A stretch of DNA of 58,041 nt from an uncultured Erysipelotrichaceae bacterium (GTDB taxonomy: Bacteria; Bacillota_I; Bacilli_A; RF39; UBA660). Of this stretch, positions 25,976 through 36,167 are shown in pieces. The stretch spans positions 1-58,041 of the forward strand of contig CACZOQ010000004.1 of NCBI GenBank assembly GCA_902782835.1, in the 5' to 3' direction. The translations under genes and the position numbers were made by a program. Numbering within the stretch: position 1 is the stretch's first letter; each line of letters starts with the position of its first letter. Under the pieces are notes generated by a model. The model was not told the origin of the DNA. It was given only the letters and a program-made list of their open reading frames with translations, and ran no database searches.

Positions 25976-26686
25976 ATGAAACATTTCAATGAAAAAGAGA
26001 TTCGCATCCTAGCAATAACACTTACTGTTTGGGGCTTCATATTAGCTGGAAGCGGTCTAATTATGACCAGTCAAGTAAAGCCAGTTATTAAAACCAAATA
26101 TAATCTCAGCATTGAAGAAAGAAAAATTGCAGAAACACAAGCAAAAACAAATGAAATTAAATTAAAAGATATTGAAATTGAAATTAACAATCCTATAAGT
26201 GTTGACGTAAAAGATTACTTAGAAGCTCTTGATACAATTAGTGAAACAACTCTAAAAGCCTTAAAACTAGATACTTCTTTAGTAAATATCAATCAAGCAG
26301 GAACATATCAATACACAATATCTTATAAGAAAAAGAAATATATTGGAAATGTAAAAGTAAAAGAAAAAGAATTACCAAATGTAACTTTTACATTAAAAAC
26401 AATTAAATTAAAAACTGGAGAATCTTTATCCAGCAATCCTAGAACATTTATAATCGAAAACATTACAGATGAAGTATATAATAACATTACATTAGATATA
26501 TCAAAAGTAGATACAACAACTCAAGGTAACTATACTTATTATATTTTATATAAAGGAATAACTTACCAAGGAAATGTTGAAGTCCGAGATCCAGGGCCTA
26601 CAATTATTACACCAAGTAAAGAAGATGAAACAATTGAAAAGAAAGAAGAACCAACAACAGAAGAAACACCTAAAGCAGAATCATAA
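25976..26686 (+). CDS. membrane-anchored protein with two internal beta-rich repeats, unknown function
   Basis: One TM helix, then the repeats AGTYQYTISYKKKKYIGNVKVKE and QGNYTYYILYKGITYQGNVEVRD. Start at the ATG after AGGAG. Confidence 0.5.
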   Translation: MKHFNEKEIRILAITLTVWGFILAGSGLIMTSQVKPVIKTKYNLSIEERKIAETQAKTNEIKLKDIEIEINNPISVDVKDYLEALDTISETTLKALKLDTSLVNINQAGTYQYTISYKKKKYIGNVKVKEKELPNVTFTLKTIKLKTGESLSSNPRTFIIENITDEVYNNITLDISKVDTTTQGNYTYYILYKGITYQGNVEVRDPGPTIITPSKEDETIEKKEEPTTEETPKAES

Positions 26687-26687
26687 A

Positions 26688-26716
26688 ATATCCACAAAAC
26701 TGTGGATATTTTTTTA
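26688..26716 (+). terminator. rho-independent terminator
   Basis: ATATCCACA-AAAC-TGTGGATAT followed by TTTTTTT. Confidence 0.8.
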
Positions 26717-26743
26717 TATAAAAACCACACCCTAAGGTGTGAT
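26717..26743 (-). terminator. rho-independent terminator after fhs
   Basis: Minus strand CACACC-TTAG-GGTGTG followed by GTTTTTAT. Confidence 0.55.
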
Positions 26744-26767
26744 TAGAATTCAATATACATGAAACAA

Positions 26768-28378
26768 TTAACTTAAATTAATGATTTCTCCATCAACGAC
26801 ATCGATTAATTCATAATTAGGTTTTCTAGAAAGACCTGGCATAACCATAATGTCACCTAACAATACAGTAATAAAACCAGCACCACCATACAATCTAATA
26901 TCTTTAACTGTAACTTCAAAATTTTCAGGAACGCCTAATTTCTTTGGATCATCAGAGAACGAATACTGTGTTTTCGCAACACAAATTGGAAGCTTATCCT
27001 TTCCATTATCGATAAAGTTTTGGATTTTAGTTAAAATTTCATCACTATAATGAACAGAAGAAGCTCCATAGATTTCTTTGCAAATACAATTAATTTTAGA
27101 AACAATATCATTCTCTAAATCATATAAGAAATGAAAATCTCCCTTTTTAGATTTTAATACTTGATTAGCTAATTCAATAGCGCCTTCTCCCCCTAATGAA
27201 TAAGCATTACTAACAGCAAATGGATAATTTTTATCTTCACAATGCTTTTTTAAACAATTAATTTCTTCTTCCGTATCAGTATGGAATTGATTTAAACAAA
27301 CAACAACATTCACCCCAAATTTTTTTAAATTCTCATAATGCTTATCTAAATTAGCAAATCCTTTTTTCAAAGCATCCATATTTCTTTCAAAAATAGAATC
27401 TTTAGGTACTCCACCATGATATTTTAATGCTTTAATGGTTGCAACAAGAACAACTGCATCCGGTTCTAATTCTCCAACACGACATTTGATATCTAGAAAT
27501 TTCTCAGCACCCAAATCTGCACCAAATCCTGCTTCCGTTACAACATAATCGGCAAGAGACAATGCCGTTTTAGTAGCAACAATACTATTGCAACCATGAG
27601 CAATATTAGCAAAAGGGCCCCCATGAATCAACGCAGGAGTGTTTTCAAGTGTTTGAACAAGATTTGGTAAAAATGCATCTTTTAATAATGCCATTAATGA
27701 TCCTTCAACCTTTAAGTCTTTAACCGTAACATACTTCCCAGAACCATTAATACCAACAACTATATTTCCAAGTCTTTCTCGTAAATCATCTAGGGAAGTA
27801 GCTAAACATAATAAAGCCATAACTTCACTAGCTGAGCTAATAGAAAATGAATCATGTCTTTTACCTAAGTCAACATCTCGTAAAGCACGATCATTAACAT
27901 CTAAACAACGATGAAATGTAACTTCTTGAATATCTAAAGAATTACCAAAATAAATATGATTATCAATGGCAGCACAAATCAAATTATTAGCAGAAGTAAT
28001 CGCATGAAAATCACCTGTAAAATGAAGATTAATATCTTCCATAGGTACTACTTGAGAGTATCCTCCCCCTGTAGCTCCACCTTTCATACCAAAAACCGGT
28101 CCCATAGAAGGCTCTCTTAAAACCACCATTGTTTTCTTCCCAATTTTTTGTAATGCATCAGCCAATCCAATACTTACTGTTGTTTTTCCCTCACCCATAG
28201 GAGTAGGACTAATAGCCGTAACTAAAATTAATTTACCCTTAGAATCTGTATATTGTTTTTTCACCTTAGCCTTATAATCACCATATAAAACAATATCTTT
28301 TCCTTTTAATCCTATTTTTTCTGCAACCTTCTTAATCTTTTCTTTCTTAATGCTTCTGGATATCTCAATATCAGTCAT
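26768..28378 (-). CDS. fhs: formate--tetrahydrofolate ligase
   Basis: [17 protein letters not shown] and [15 protein letters not shown], with full-length similarity to FTHFS. Confidence 0.95.
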   Translation of the reverse strand: MTDIEISRSIKKEKIKKVAEKIGLKGKDIVLYGDYKAKVKKQYTDSKGKLILVTAISPTPMGEGKTTVSIGLADALQKIGKKTMVVLREPSMGPVFGMKGGATGGGYSQVVPMEDINLHFTGDFHAITSANNLICAAIDNHIYFGNSLDIQEVTFHRCLDVNDRALRDVDLGKRHDSFSISSASEVMALLCLATSLDDLRERLGNIVVGINGSGKYVTVKDLKVEGSLMALLKDAFLPNLVQTLENTPALIHGGPFANIAHGCNSIVATKTALSLADYVVTEAGFGADLGAEKFLDIKCRVGELEPDAVVLVATIKALKYHGGVPKDSIFERNMDALKKGFANLDKHYENLKKFGVNVVVCLNQFHTDTEEEINCLKKHCEDKNYPFAVSNAYSLGGEGAIELANQVLKSKKGDFHFLYDLENDIVSKINCICKEIYGASSVHYSDEILTKIQNFIDNGKDKLPICVAKTQYSFSDDPKKLGVPENFEVTVKDIRLYGGAGFITVLLGDIMVMPGLSRKPNYELIDVVDGEIINLS

Positions 28379-28550
28379 TATATCACCTCGTACATATTAT
28401 ATCATTTTCTATAAAAATATTTAAAACTATTTTTTTGAAAAATAAAACAAAATAAAATTATCAAATTCCCTAAGAGAAAATAAAAAATAGAAATAATTGG
28501 AAAAGTAAAAAGGATAAAACATCGATTTGTTTTAAAAATAAACATCTGCT

Positions 28551-30035
28551 ATGATGGCTCCATTAAGAAAAAAAGGAGGGAGAATTATCAAAAAGATAAG
28601 TATTTTCTTAATAACAATAATTGGCTTATTACTTTGTATCAATGTAAAAGCTGAAACCGTCAATTTTTATGAGGCAGAATATATAGATGGAATCTATATC
28701 AATAAGTATAATGCATTTAAAAATACGATTGATTATCAAAAAGCAAGATTTTTCCGAAGAAGTGACACCAATGAATTTGCCTATTGTATTGAACCATTCA
28801 ATTATTTCAGGGCTGGATATGAACATGAAATAACAAATTTTCCTAATAATGCAAATCCAGAAAGAATAGATAGAATTCGTAAACTTGCCCATTTTGGTTA
28901 TGGCTATCAAAACCATACAGATGCAAAATGGTATGCAATAACACAAGTACTAATCTGGGAAACAGCAGAACCAGAAGGAGATTATTATTTCACACAAGGA
29001 ATCGTAGGGGAAAGAATAAATCCCTATCAAGCTGAAATAGATGAAATAAATTATTTGATAGAAGAATACTCGAAAATGCCAAGTTTTGCCAATCAAACGT
29101 TTTATACAGTAGAAGGTCAAGATTTTATACTTACAGATACCAATAACAGTATTCAATCATTCACAACAAATGATCCAGTAAGCAGAATAAATAATCAATT
29201 AAAATGGACGAATACAAAAGCAGGAAATTATCATTATACATTTCAAAAAGAAGACACATTTTATAACAAACCATTATTATTCTATCAATCTGATAATACT
29301 CAAAACCTAGTTACAACAGGTGATATAGAAAGTATTCATTTCGAATTCAATATCAAAGTCATCCAAACAAGTCTAGAAATAACAAAAATCGATAAAGATA
29401 CGAAATCCATTACACCAAGAGGAGAAGCAAAACTAGATGGAGCAATCTATGAATTATTAGATTCCAATAAAAAAGTAATACAAGAAATAACAATTGAAAA
29501 TAATCAAGTAATCTTAAACAATCTAAATTTTGGAAAATACTATATAAAAGAAAAAAAACCTGGAATAGGATATACTCTAGATACAAATGAATATGAAATA
29601 ACAATCACAAAAGAAAAACCAACGATTGAACTCATCTTAGAAAACAAAGTAATAGAAAAGAAAATAAGAGTAGAAAAAAAATATGGAGAAGACAATAATT
29701 TTCAAAAAGAAACAAATATTATATTCCATATTCTTAATCAAAATAATGAATTTGTTCTAGAAGCCACAACAAATGAAGAAGGATTTTTTGAAATTCAATT
29801 ACCATATGGAACCTATCAATTAATTCAAATCAATACAACAGATGGTTACCAAAAAATAGATGACTATCAAATCATTGTCAGTAATACAGAAGATGAATTA
29901 ATTGAATTAAAAGATCTAAAAATACCAATTCCTAATACTCATAAAGATAAACAAAAATCCACAATGCCACTATCGATTCTATATCCAATACTAATAGGAA
30001 TACTATGGAAAAGAAAATTATCTATGGAGTTTTAA
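28551..30035 (+). CDS. surface adhesin with Cys-Gln thioester (TQXA-type) domain and two CnaB/SpaA-like domains; atypical sorting signal
   Basis: Signal peptide ..LLLCINVKA-ETV. FAYCIEPF (thioester Cys) and AITQVLIWE (Gln). LEITKIDKDT..GKYYIKEKKPGIGY and EGFFEIQLPYGTYQLIQ folds. C-terminus IPNTH (29928-29942) plus a hydrophobic stretch plus WKRK. The start codon is uncertain. Confidence 0.7.
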   Translation: MMAPLRKKGGRIIKKISIFLITIIGLLLCINVKAETVNFYEAEYIDGIYINKYNAFKNTIDYQKARFFRRSDTNEFAYCIEPFNYFRAGYEHEITNFPNNANPERIDRIRKLAHFGYGYQNHTDAKWYAITQVLIWETAEPEGDYYFTQGIVGERINPYQAEIDEINYLIEEYSKMPSFANQTFYTVEGQDFILTDTNNSIQSFTTNDPVSRINNQLKWTNTKAGNYHYTFQKEDTFYNKPLLFYQSDNTQNLVTTGDIESIHFEFNIKVIQTSLEITKIDKDTKSITPRGEAKLDGAIYELLDSNKKVIQEITIENNQVILNNLNFGKYYIKEKKPGIGYTLDTNEYEITITKEKPTIELILENKVIEKKIRVEKKYGEDNNFQKETNIIFHILNQNNEFVLEATTNEEGFFEIQLPYGTYQLIQINTTDGYQKIDDYQIIVSNTEDELIELKDLKIPIPNTHKDKQKSTMPLSILYPILIGILWKRKLSMEF

Positions 30036-30514
30036 TCTTTCTATGGATACTAACCATCCCAACAAGTATAATCAAAATCGAAAACAAACAACAACCCGTA
30101 GAAAAAAAAGAATCAGGAGAGAGAATTGGCACTATTATTATCGAAAAAATACAGCTGAACGAGCCATTATACAAAATAAACAGTTCAAAAAATAATATTG
30201 AAGAACACGTAACAATATTAAAAGAATCTACTCCACCAACTGAAGACAATAGTATTATGATTCTAGCAGCACACTCAGGTGATGACAAAATATCCTATTT
30301 TGAATATCTGGATCAAATAGAAATAGGAGATACCATTCATTTAATATATCAACAAAAAAAATATAGTTATCAAGTAAAAGAAATATGGGAAGAAATAAAA
30401 AATGGTTTTATACATATCAACAAAGAAAAGGGAAAACAACTTGTCCTAACAACATGTAGCCCCAACAAAGAAAAATGGCAACTCATAATAAATTGTACAG
30501 AAAAAGGAGTCTAA
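30005..30514 (+). CDS. small sortase-family transpeptidase
   Basis: N-terminal TM helix, ILAAHSG (His), QLVLTTCSP (Cys). Overlaps the adhesin gene by 31 nt. Confidence 0.7.
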   Translation: MEKKIIYGVLIFLWILTIPTSIIKIENKQQPVEKKESGERIGTIIIEKIQLNEPLYKINSSKNNIEEHVTILKESTPPTEDNSIMILAAHSGDDKISYFEYLDQIEIGDTIHLIYQQKKYSYQVKEIWEEIKNGFIHINKEKGKQLVLTTCSPNKEKWQLIINCTEKGV

Positions 30515-30739
30515 TAAAGACTCCTTCTTTTATGAATAATTTTTTCTTTTTTAAATTTCTTCCCATACCAAAGGGGAAAACGATCCACTCGCTCTTATCA
30601 CCATCAACTCTAACATAGTCATGACTATGACCACCACTACAAGATACACGAATCAAGACATTATCAGTCGCTTGTTCACTACCTTGTAAAGCCTCATCAT
30701 CATAGCAATAACACTAATCATACTGTTCTTTTTCTTTGC

Positions 30740-30784
30740 TAAAAAAATCATCCAAATTGAAATGGGTAACAATTTGGATGATTT
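30740..30784 (-). terminator. rho-independent terminator after the S41 protease gene
   Basis: 14-bp perfect inverted repeat AATCATCCAAATTG..CAATTTGGATGATT followed on the minus strand by TTTTTTT. Confidence 0.75.
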
Positions 30785-30861
30785 GTAAGCAATTTCTAAC
30801 AGTTTAAACGAATATTGTTAACGTCGTTGAACTACAATAATCTTTAACATTAAGAATCATA

Positions 30862-32187
30862 TTACTTATTTAATTGACTTAACGCTTCTTGTAAAATAGC
30901 ATCATTCGTATAAATTGGTTTTTCATAATACTCCTCAGATTGCCCTATTACAACGTCTGGAGTAACTCCTCTTTCATTCAACCATTCTCCTTTAGATGTT
31001 AACCATTTTTGTGTCGTATAACGAATGCTACTTCCACTATTTAAATCTTGAGATTTCTGTACCGTTCCTTTTCCATAAGAAGTAGTACCAATAATGGTTG
31101 CCTTTTTATAATTTTCTTGGAAACAAGAAGCAATAATCTCTGCTGCTGAAGCACTATTTTCATTAATTAATACAGCAACAGGATATTTACGTGTAGCACT
31201 ACTATCAGAATAAACCTTTTGTGTTTTACTCTTAGATTCAATTTGATATAAAATAGTCTTTCGATCAAAGAATAAACTCAATATTTGTTTTGTCTGTAAC
31301 AAATGTCCACCCAAATTATCACGAACATCAATTACCAAAGAATCAATATCATTCTTTTCTAAACGTTTAAGAGCAGAATAGAATTGTTTATAGGTGTTGG
31401 AAGCAATTGAATCTAGTTTTATATATCCAACTTTCTTGCCTTCATAATCAATAACTTGATTAGAAACACTCTCTAAATCAATCGTTTTTCTCTTTAAGAC
31501 AAACTCTTTTTCTTCGTCACCTCTACGAATTGTCAAATGAACATTCGTATTAATTTTACCACGAATTAATTTTGTTAAAGAGTCTCCATAAACTCCAACA
31601 ACGTCTTTACCATCAACTTTTAATATAACATCATCAACTTTTAAACCAGCACGATCAGCAGGGGAATCATCATAAACACGAATAATTGTATTATATTCAT
31701 TATCGTATAGTACAACAACTCCAATACCAACAATCGTTCCATCAACAGTCTCAGAAGAATTATCTGTCTCATTTTGATCCATATAAATAGAATTTGGATC
31801 TTCCAAAGAATCAACCATTCCCTTAATAGCAGCATCAGCTAATTTATCAGGATCTACTTCACCATAATAATAGTCTAAAAGATTATCATAAGTACGAATC
31901 ATCTCATTAACATTCGAACTGTGACCAATTTGTGCAGAATCTCTACTATAAATAATAATATAACCAATAAGAATTCCAAATAGTATAGAGATTAATATAA
32001 TAACAATAACTTCATAAATCGAAAAACGAGAATCATCATTAACTCCTTTTTTCTTTTTGGAAATTTCAGCAAAAAGATTTTCCCTCTTCTTCTTTTCTTT
32101 CGTAGGAATCTTCTTCTCTATTTTTTTAGATTTCTTTTCTTTTTCAACATTTTTCTCAATATTAGAATCATTTTTCTTTTTTACCAT
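30862..32187 (-). CDS. S41 family C-terminal processing peptidase with PDZ domain
   Basis: TM anchor, PDZ segment SPADRAGLKVDDVILKVDG, VLINENSASAAEIIA and SYGKGTVQ. Confidence 0.85.
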   Translation of the reverse strand: MVKKKNDSNIEKNVEKEKKSKKIEKKIPTKEKKKRENLFAEISKKKKGVNDDSRFSIYEVIVIILISILFGILIGYIIIYSRDSAQIGHSSNVNEMIRTYDNLLDYYYGEVDPDKLADAAIKGMVDSLEDPNSIYMDQNETDNSSETVDGTIVGIGVVVLYDNEYNTIIRVYDDSPADRAGLKVDDVILKVDGKDVVGVYGDSLTKLIRGKINTNVHLTIRRGDEEKEFVLKRKTIDLESVSNQVIDYEGKKVGYIKLDSIASNTYKQFYSALKRLEKNDIDSLVIDVRDNLGGHLLQTKQILSLFFDRKTILYQIESKSKTQKVYSDSSATRKYPVAVLINENSASAAEIIASCFQENYKKATIIGTTSYGKGTVQKSQDLNSGSSIRYTTQKWLTSKGEWLNERGVTPDVVIGQSEEYYEKPIYTNDAILQEALSQLNK

Positions 32188-32266
32188 CTAACGCACCTCT
32201 TCCTATCTTCTAATTAATCATATCATAAAAAAATATTTTTTAGAATAAAAAAAGACAGAAAACTGC

Positions 32267-32806
32267 CTATTTTAAATAATTAGAGATAGCCTCTTTACCT
32301 TCTATATAATCAACTACTTTATTTTCATTAACTTGGATTAAAGTTGGCCCATGAATGGCAAAATCTTGAATAGTTTCAGGATTTTTATTGGATTCTCCAT
32401 CAGTTTCAAAAGATTTATTAAAACCACTACTCATATCTACAATATATAAAGGTCCATGTTGCGCTCTAATTTGATAAGTAGAAACAAGACTATCATAAAC
32501 ATTAGCTATTAACTCATCACTTTTATCATAATAAATTACCAAATATTCACCCTCACCCATAGATAAACTCTTACCTAATAGGATTGTATCAGAAGAAATT
32601 GACGTCTCAGTTTCTTCGTCTTTTTTCTCTTCCTTTGGAGCATTTTTATTTGTAATAAATAATGTTAATAAATAAAAAGCTAGGAAGAAACATAGAATTC
32701 CAATAATAACAAAAAATACACTCCAAAAACTTCTTTTTACTTCCTGTACTTCTTCAACTTTCTTCAACGTTTCTTTTTTTGTTGATTTTTTCTTTTTACC
32801 TGCCAT
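32267..32806 (-). CDS. membrane-anchored hypothetical protein
   Basis: Basic N-terminus, one TM helix, about 110 aa extracytoplasmic domain without known motifs. Start at ATG 32806. Confidence 0.45.
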   Translation of the reverse strand: MAGKKKKSTKKETLKKVEEVQEVKRSFWSVFFVIIGILCFFLAFYLLTLFITNKNAPKEEKKDEETETSISSDTILLGKSLSMGEGEYLVIYYDKSDELIANVYDSLVSTYQIRAQHGPLYIVDMSSGFNKSFETDGESNKNPETIQDFAIHGPTLIQVNENKVVDYIEGKEAISNYLK

Positions 32807-32881
32807 ATTAACCACCCAAAACCATTATACCATAAACAAAATAAAAAAACCAACATAACAAATGTTATATTGGTTTAAAAA

Positions 32882-34237
32882 CTATTTTTCAGAGATTCGA
32901 ACTCTAATCTTCTTGGTCTTTGAAGTATAAGATAATTTCAAATCAGTACCCGTTACTTTTACTTCTACTTCATGTTCACCAACGCCATAATTCTTAAGAT
33001 CAATGTAAGCAGTAATATCAGCAGCTTGAATATTATTGATGGCTTCTTCGCTACCCTTAACCACAACAGTTACCTGACGATCTTCATCCGATAATGCTTG
33101 AACTTTAAGATTATTATCAAGATTTTCAGATTGAACTGAAATATTTTGGAATTCCTTACTAGAAGAATTATCGATAATAACTTTAATGGTCATTGTCTTA
33201 GAACTTAATTCCGTAATTCCCTTAGGCTTCTTCAAAGTAACATTATATTCTTTATCTTTATCTAATCCTTTAACATCGATTTCAACTTCTAATTGCTCGA
33301 TACTATCAATAGCCTCTTGAGAACCATAAACAGTAATCTTAGAAATACTTGTATCCATAGACTTAATAGATTTACCAAATGCAAGAGAACCAGTTGGAAC
33401 AACACGAACAGGAATTTCCTTGCTTGGAGATGTAATAACAACATTAGCACTAACGGTCTTTGGAACAATTTCAACATCTAAAATTTTACCATCATTATCA
33501 TAAGCGACTAAAGGAATATCCTTAACAGTAATTTCTCCCGCCTTTGGATTTGGAATATTCTTCACATCTAACAAAGCTTTAACAGAAGCTACTTGATCCA
33601 ATTTATATTGTGCTCCCTTAACAATAACATCACTACGATCAATCTCAACATTACTAATATATAACTTACTATCCAAACTATCTTGATGTAATATATCATA
33701 TGTTAAAGTTCGATTTTCACTAACTTTTTCATATATTGTAACGGTCACTTGAGATGGATCCAATTTATAATCTAAAGATTTTAATTGCTGTGTATACTTT
33801 AAAGTAACTTTATGATTTCCAGGTTTCAATCCAGTTAAATCAACACTGACACCTTTAGAAGGAGTTTGTTTAGCTAAGAAAATATGTCTTCTTTGACCAA
33901 TCAAAGTAATATCTACTGTTTTTGGTAATCCTTCAACTACATATAATTCTTCATTAAACACAGCTGTAACAGGTCGATCATATAATATTTCAGCATATTG
34001 ATCTATCATAACATTTGACTCTTGATCAATGACAATAAATGTTAAAAAAGCAACTATTAAACTTACAATTAATAAAGTCGATTTTTTGCCAGATACTTTA
34101 TCAAAGGATTTAAGAAGGACTTTTCCCAATCCCATAATTTTTAGAATTAATTTCGTGATAGGAGTTATTAACCATTTATCAAAGAATAGTCCTATATGAC
34201 GAAAAATTCTTGCTATTAATCTACCTATTTTCTTCAT
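32882..34237 (-). CDS. cdaR: YbbR-domain protein, diadenylate cyclase regulator
   Basis: N-terminal TM helix plus four YbbR-like repeats. Position immediately after cdaA, overlapping it by 17 nt. Start at MKKIGRL after GAGGAAG. Confidence 0.8.
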   Translation of the reverse strand: MKKIGRLIARIFRHIGLFFDKWLITPITKLILKIMGLGKVLLKSFDKVSGKKSTLLIVSLIVAFLTFIVIDQESNVMIDQYAEILYDRPVTAVFNEELYVVEGLPKTVDITLIGQRRHIFLAKQTPSKGVSVDLTGLKPGNHKVTLKYTQQLKSLDYKLDPSQVTVTIYEKVSENRTLTYDILHQDSLDSKLYISNVEIDRSDVIVKGAQYKLDQVASVKALLDVKNIPNPKAGEITVKDIPLVAYDNDGKILDVEIVPKTVSANVVITSPSKEIPVRVVPTGSLAFGKSIKSMDTSISKITVYGSQEAIDSIEQLEVEIDVKGLDKDKEYNVTLKKPKGITELSSKTMTIKVIIDNSSSKEFQNISVQSENLDNNLKVQALSDEDRQVTVVVKGSEEAINNIQAADITAYIDLKNYGVGEHEVEVKVTGTDLKLSYTSKTKKIRVRISEK

Positions 34238-35051
34238 ATATCTCTTCCTCACTCAATTCTTCTTCATAATCAACATCTTGTTTAGGTTTTAACTCATCAA
34301 TTAACATCATTCGAACATCATCAAGAGTTAAATTATAAAGCATATCTCCTTTTAAAGCGATAGATACCCGCCCCGTTTCTTCTGAAACAACAATACAAAT
34401 AGCATCTGTCTCTTCTGCAAGTCCCAATGCTGCTCTATGCCTTGTCCCTAAACGACGATTAATTTTGGAACTATTACTCGTTGGAAAAACCGCACCTGCA
34501 CAAGTAATACGATCTCCTTGAATAATAACACCACCATCGTGTAAAGGATTCCCTTCATAGAAAATTGCTATTAATAAATCACTAGAAAGATCTGCATATA
34601 ACTTTTTTGCTTTATCAATATAGTTACCCAAACTAATATCTCTTTCAATAACAATTAACGCTCCAATTCTTTCTTTTCTAAGATAATCAATCGCATTAAT
34701 CATTTCATAAACCATATGTTCTCTCTCATCAACAGTAAGAACTTTATGTCTTCCTAACAATTGACTACGACCAAGTTGCTCCAAAATAGTACGTATTTCA
34801 GGTTGAAAAATAATAATTAATGCAACAGGTCCCCATTGAATAATATAATCTAACAAATATCCAACAGTAATAAAACCTAACCAATCACTAATTAACTTTA
34901 ATACAATTACAAAAGCAACACCTTTAAATATTAAAGATAATTTAACATTATTTTTAATATTCTTTAAAATATAATAAAATATAAACCATACTAACGAAAT
35001 ATCAACGATTTTTCGCAATACAGTCAATACATCCGATACAGTAATAACCAT
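34221..35051 (-). CDS. cdaA: membrane-bound diadenylate cyclase
   Basis: Three N-terminal TM helices. DAC domain motifs LHDGGVIIQGDRI, GTRHRAALGLAEETDA, VVSEETGRVS. Confidence 0.92.
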   Translation of the reverse strand: MVITVSDVLTVLRKIVDISLVWFIFYYILKNIKNNVKLSLIFKGVAFVIVLKLISDWLGFITVGYLLDYIIQWGPVALIIIFQPEIRTILEQLGRSQLLGRHKVLTVDEREHMVYEMINAIDYLRKERIGALIVIERDISLGNYIDKAKKLYADLSSDLLIAIFYEGNPLHDGGVIIQGDRITCAGAVFPTSNSSKINRRLGTRHRAALGLAEETDAICIVVSEETGRVSIALKGDMLYNLTLDDVRMMLIDELKPKQDVDYEEELSEEEIYEENR

Positions 35052-35566
35052 CACGTCATCTCCTTAAACAATACAAATTCGGAAAAAAAAGGAATCAGCA
35101 AACACTAATATCACTTATTTTTTTCACCCCGTATCTATCATAATAATAACATTTTATAGAAATTTTAGCAACCTCCAGCATAAGAAAAAAAAGAAAAAAA
35201 GTTATTAATTATCTTTGAAAAAAATAATAATTACTAATAATTATGTTTTAGGAGAAAGATTAATTAAATGACGAAATATACTCGTCTATCCTATAAAGAT
35301 AAAAAATATAGAATAAATGATAATAAGTCTATGAATCTAATTACTAAAAAAATAAATAAAAAAATAGACACAATAATGTATCTATTTGATTTTATCTTTT
35401 TAGAGATCTTGCTTTTTCAGCATTAATTGGTGATTTGAGAAATATTGAATAATACTTACTCAACAGAATCATAATGTAAATTTATGATTATTCCATCCTA
35501 GCTATCTAAATTACATCCATCAAAATTGAAAGTACATATAAAAAGAGTATTAATAAAAAACTCTTT

Positions 35567-36115
35567 TTATGATTTAACAAATAATTTTCCATGACCACCC
35601 TGTTTATAAGAATAATCACTTGGTGCGGTTTCTTGAAAATGAATTCCATAACAATCTTTTAACATATCTGTCATCTCTTTATATTTTTGAACCGCTTTTT
35701 CATTATTACCTGCTTTAATACAAGATACAACAGGTTGAAGGAAAAAACGAAATACTCCTGTTATCATAGAATAAATATCCATTCGCAAATGTTCAGCAAT
35801 AGTAGGTCCTATTGCATCATATTCATATAACAAATTAGCATAGCGCTTATCTTTCTGCAATACTTCCTTACGAAACTTCCGTAACGTCTCCAATTCCTCA
35901 CAATTATCACTTTTTCCTAGCCTCTCACATACAATAGTCGTAATATAGCAACCATCTTTACTAGAGTATTGACTACAAGAAGGTTCGGTTGGATAATAGT
36001 AACGCTTCCACTCTTTACAATGTCCCTTTGTATATGGAGATCTACTTGTATCATAAGGTCCACCATTAGGATCTTCAAATTTTCTACAACTTCCACACTG
36101 ATCTTCATATGCCAT
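35567..36115 (-). CDS. cysteine-rich hypothetical protein
   Basis: MAYEDQCGSCRKF..GHCKEW..CYITTIVCERLGKSDNCEELETLRKFRKEVL. Start moved to the ATG after GGGGGAA. Confidence 0.5.
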   Translation of the reverse strand: MAYEDQCGSCRKFEDPNGGPYDTSRSPYTKGHCKEWKRYYYPTEPSCSQYSSKDGCYITTIVCERLGKSDNCEELETLRKFRKEVLQKDKRYANLLYEYDAIGPTIAEHLRMDIYSMITGVFRFFLQPVVSCIKAGNNEKAVQKYKEMTDMLKDCYGIHFQETAPSDYSYKQGGHGKLFVKS

Positions 36116-36167
36116 AACTAATTCCCCCCAATAGTTGTACATATTATACCACATTTTTCTTAAAATA

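Noticed and set aside
30555-30745. Minus-strand open frame of about 56 codons (..CYCYDDEALQGSEQATDNVLIRVSCSGGHSHDYVRVDGDKSEWIVFPFGMGRNLKKKK) in the gap after the sortase gene
   Set aside because: It is preceded in frame by TAG, with no start codon before the last few residues. It could be a decayed gene remnant, but I cannot support a call.
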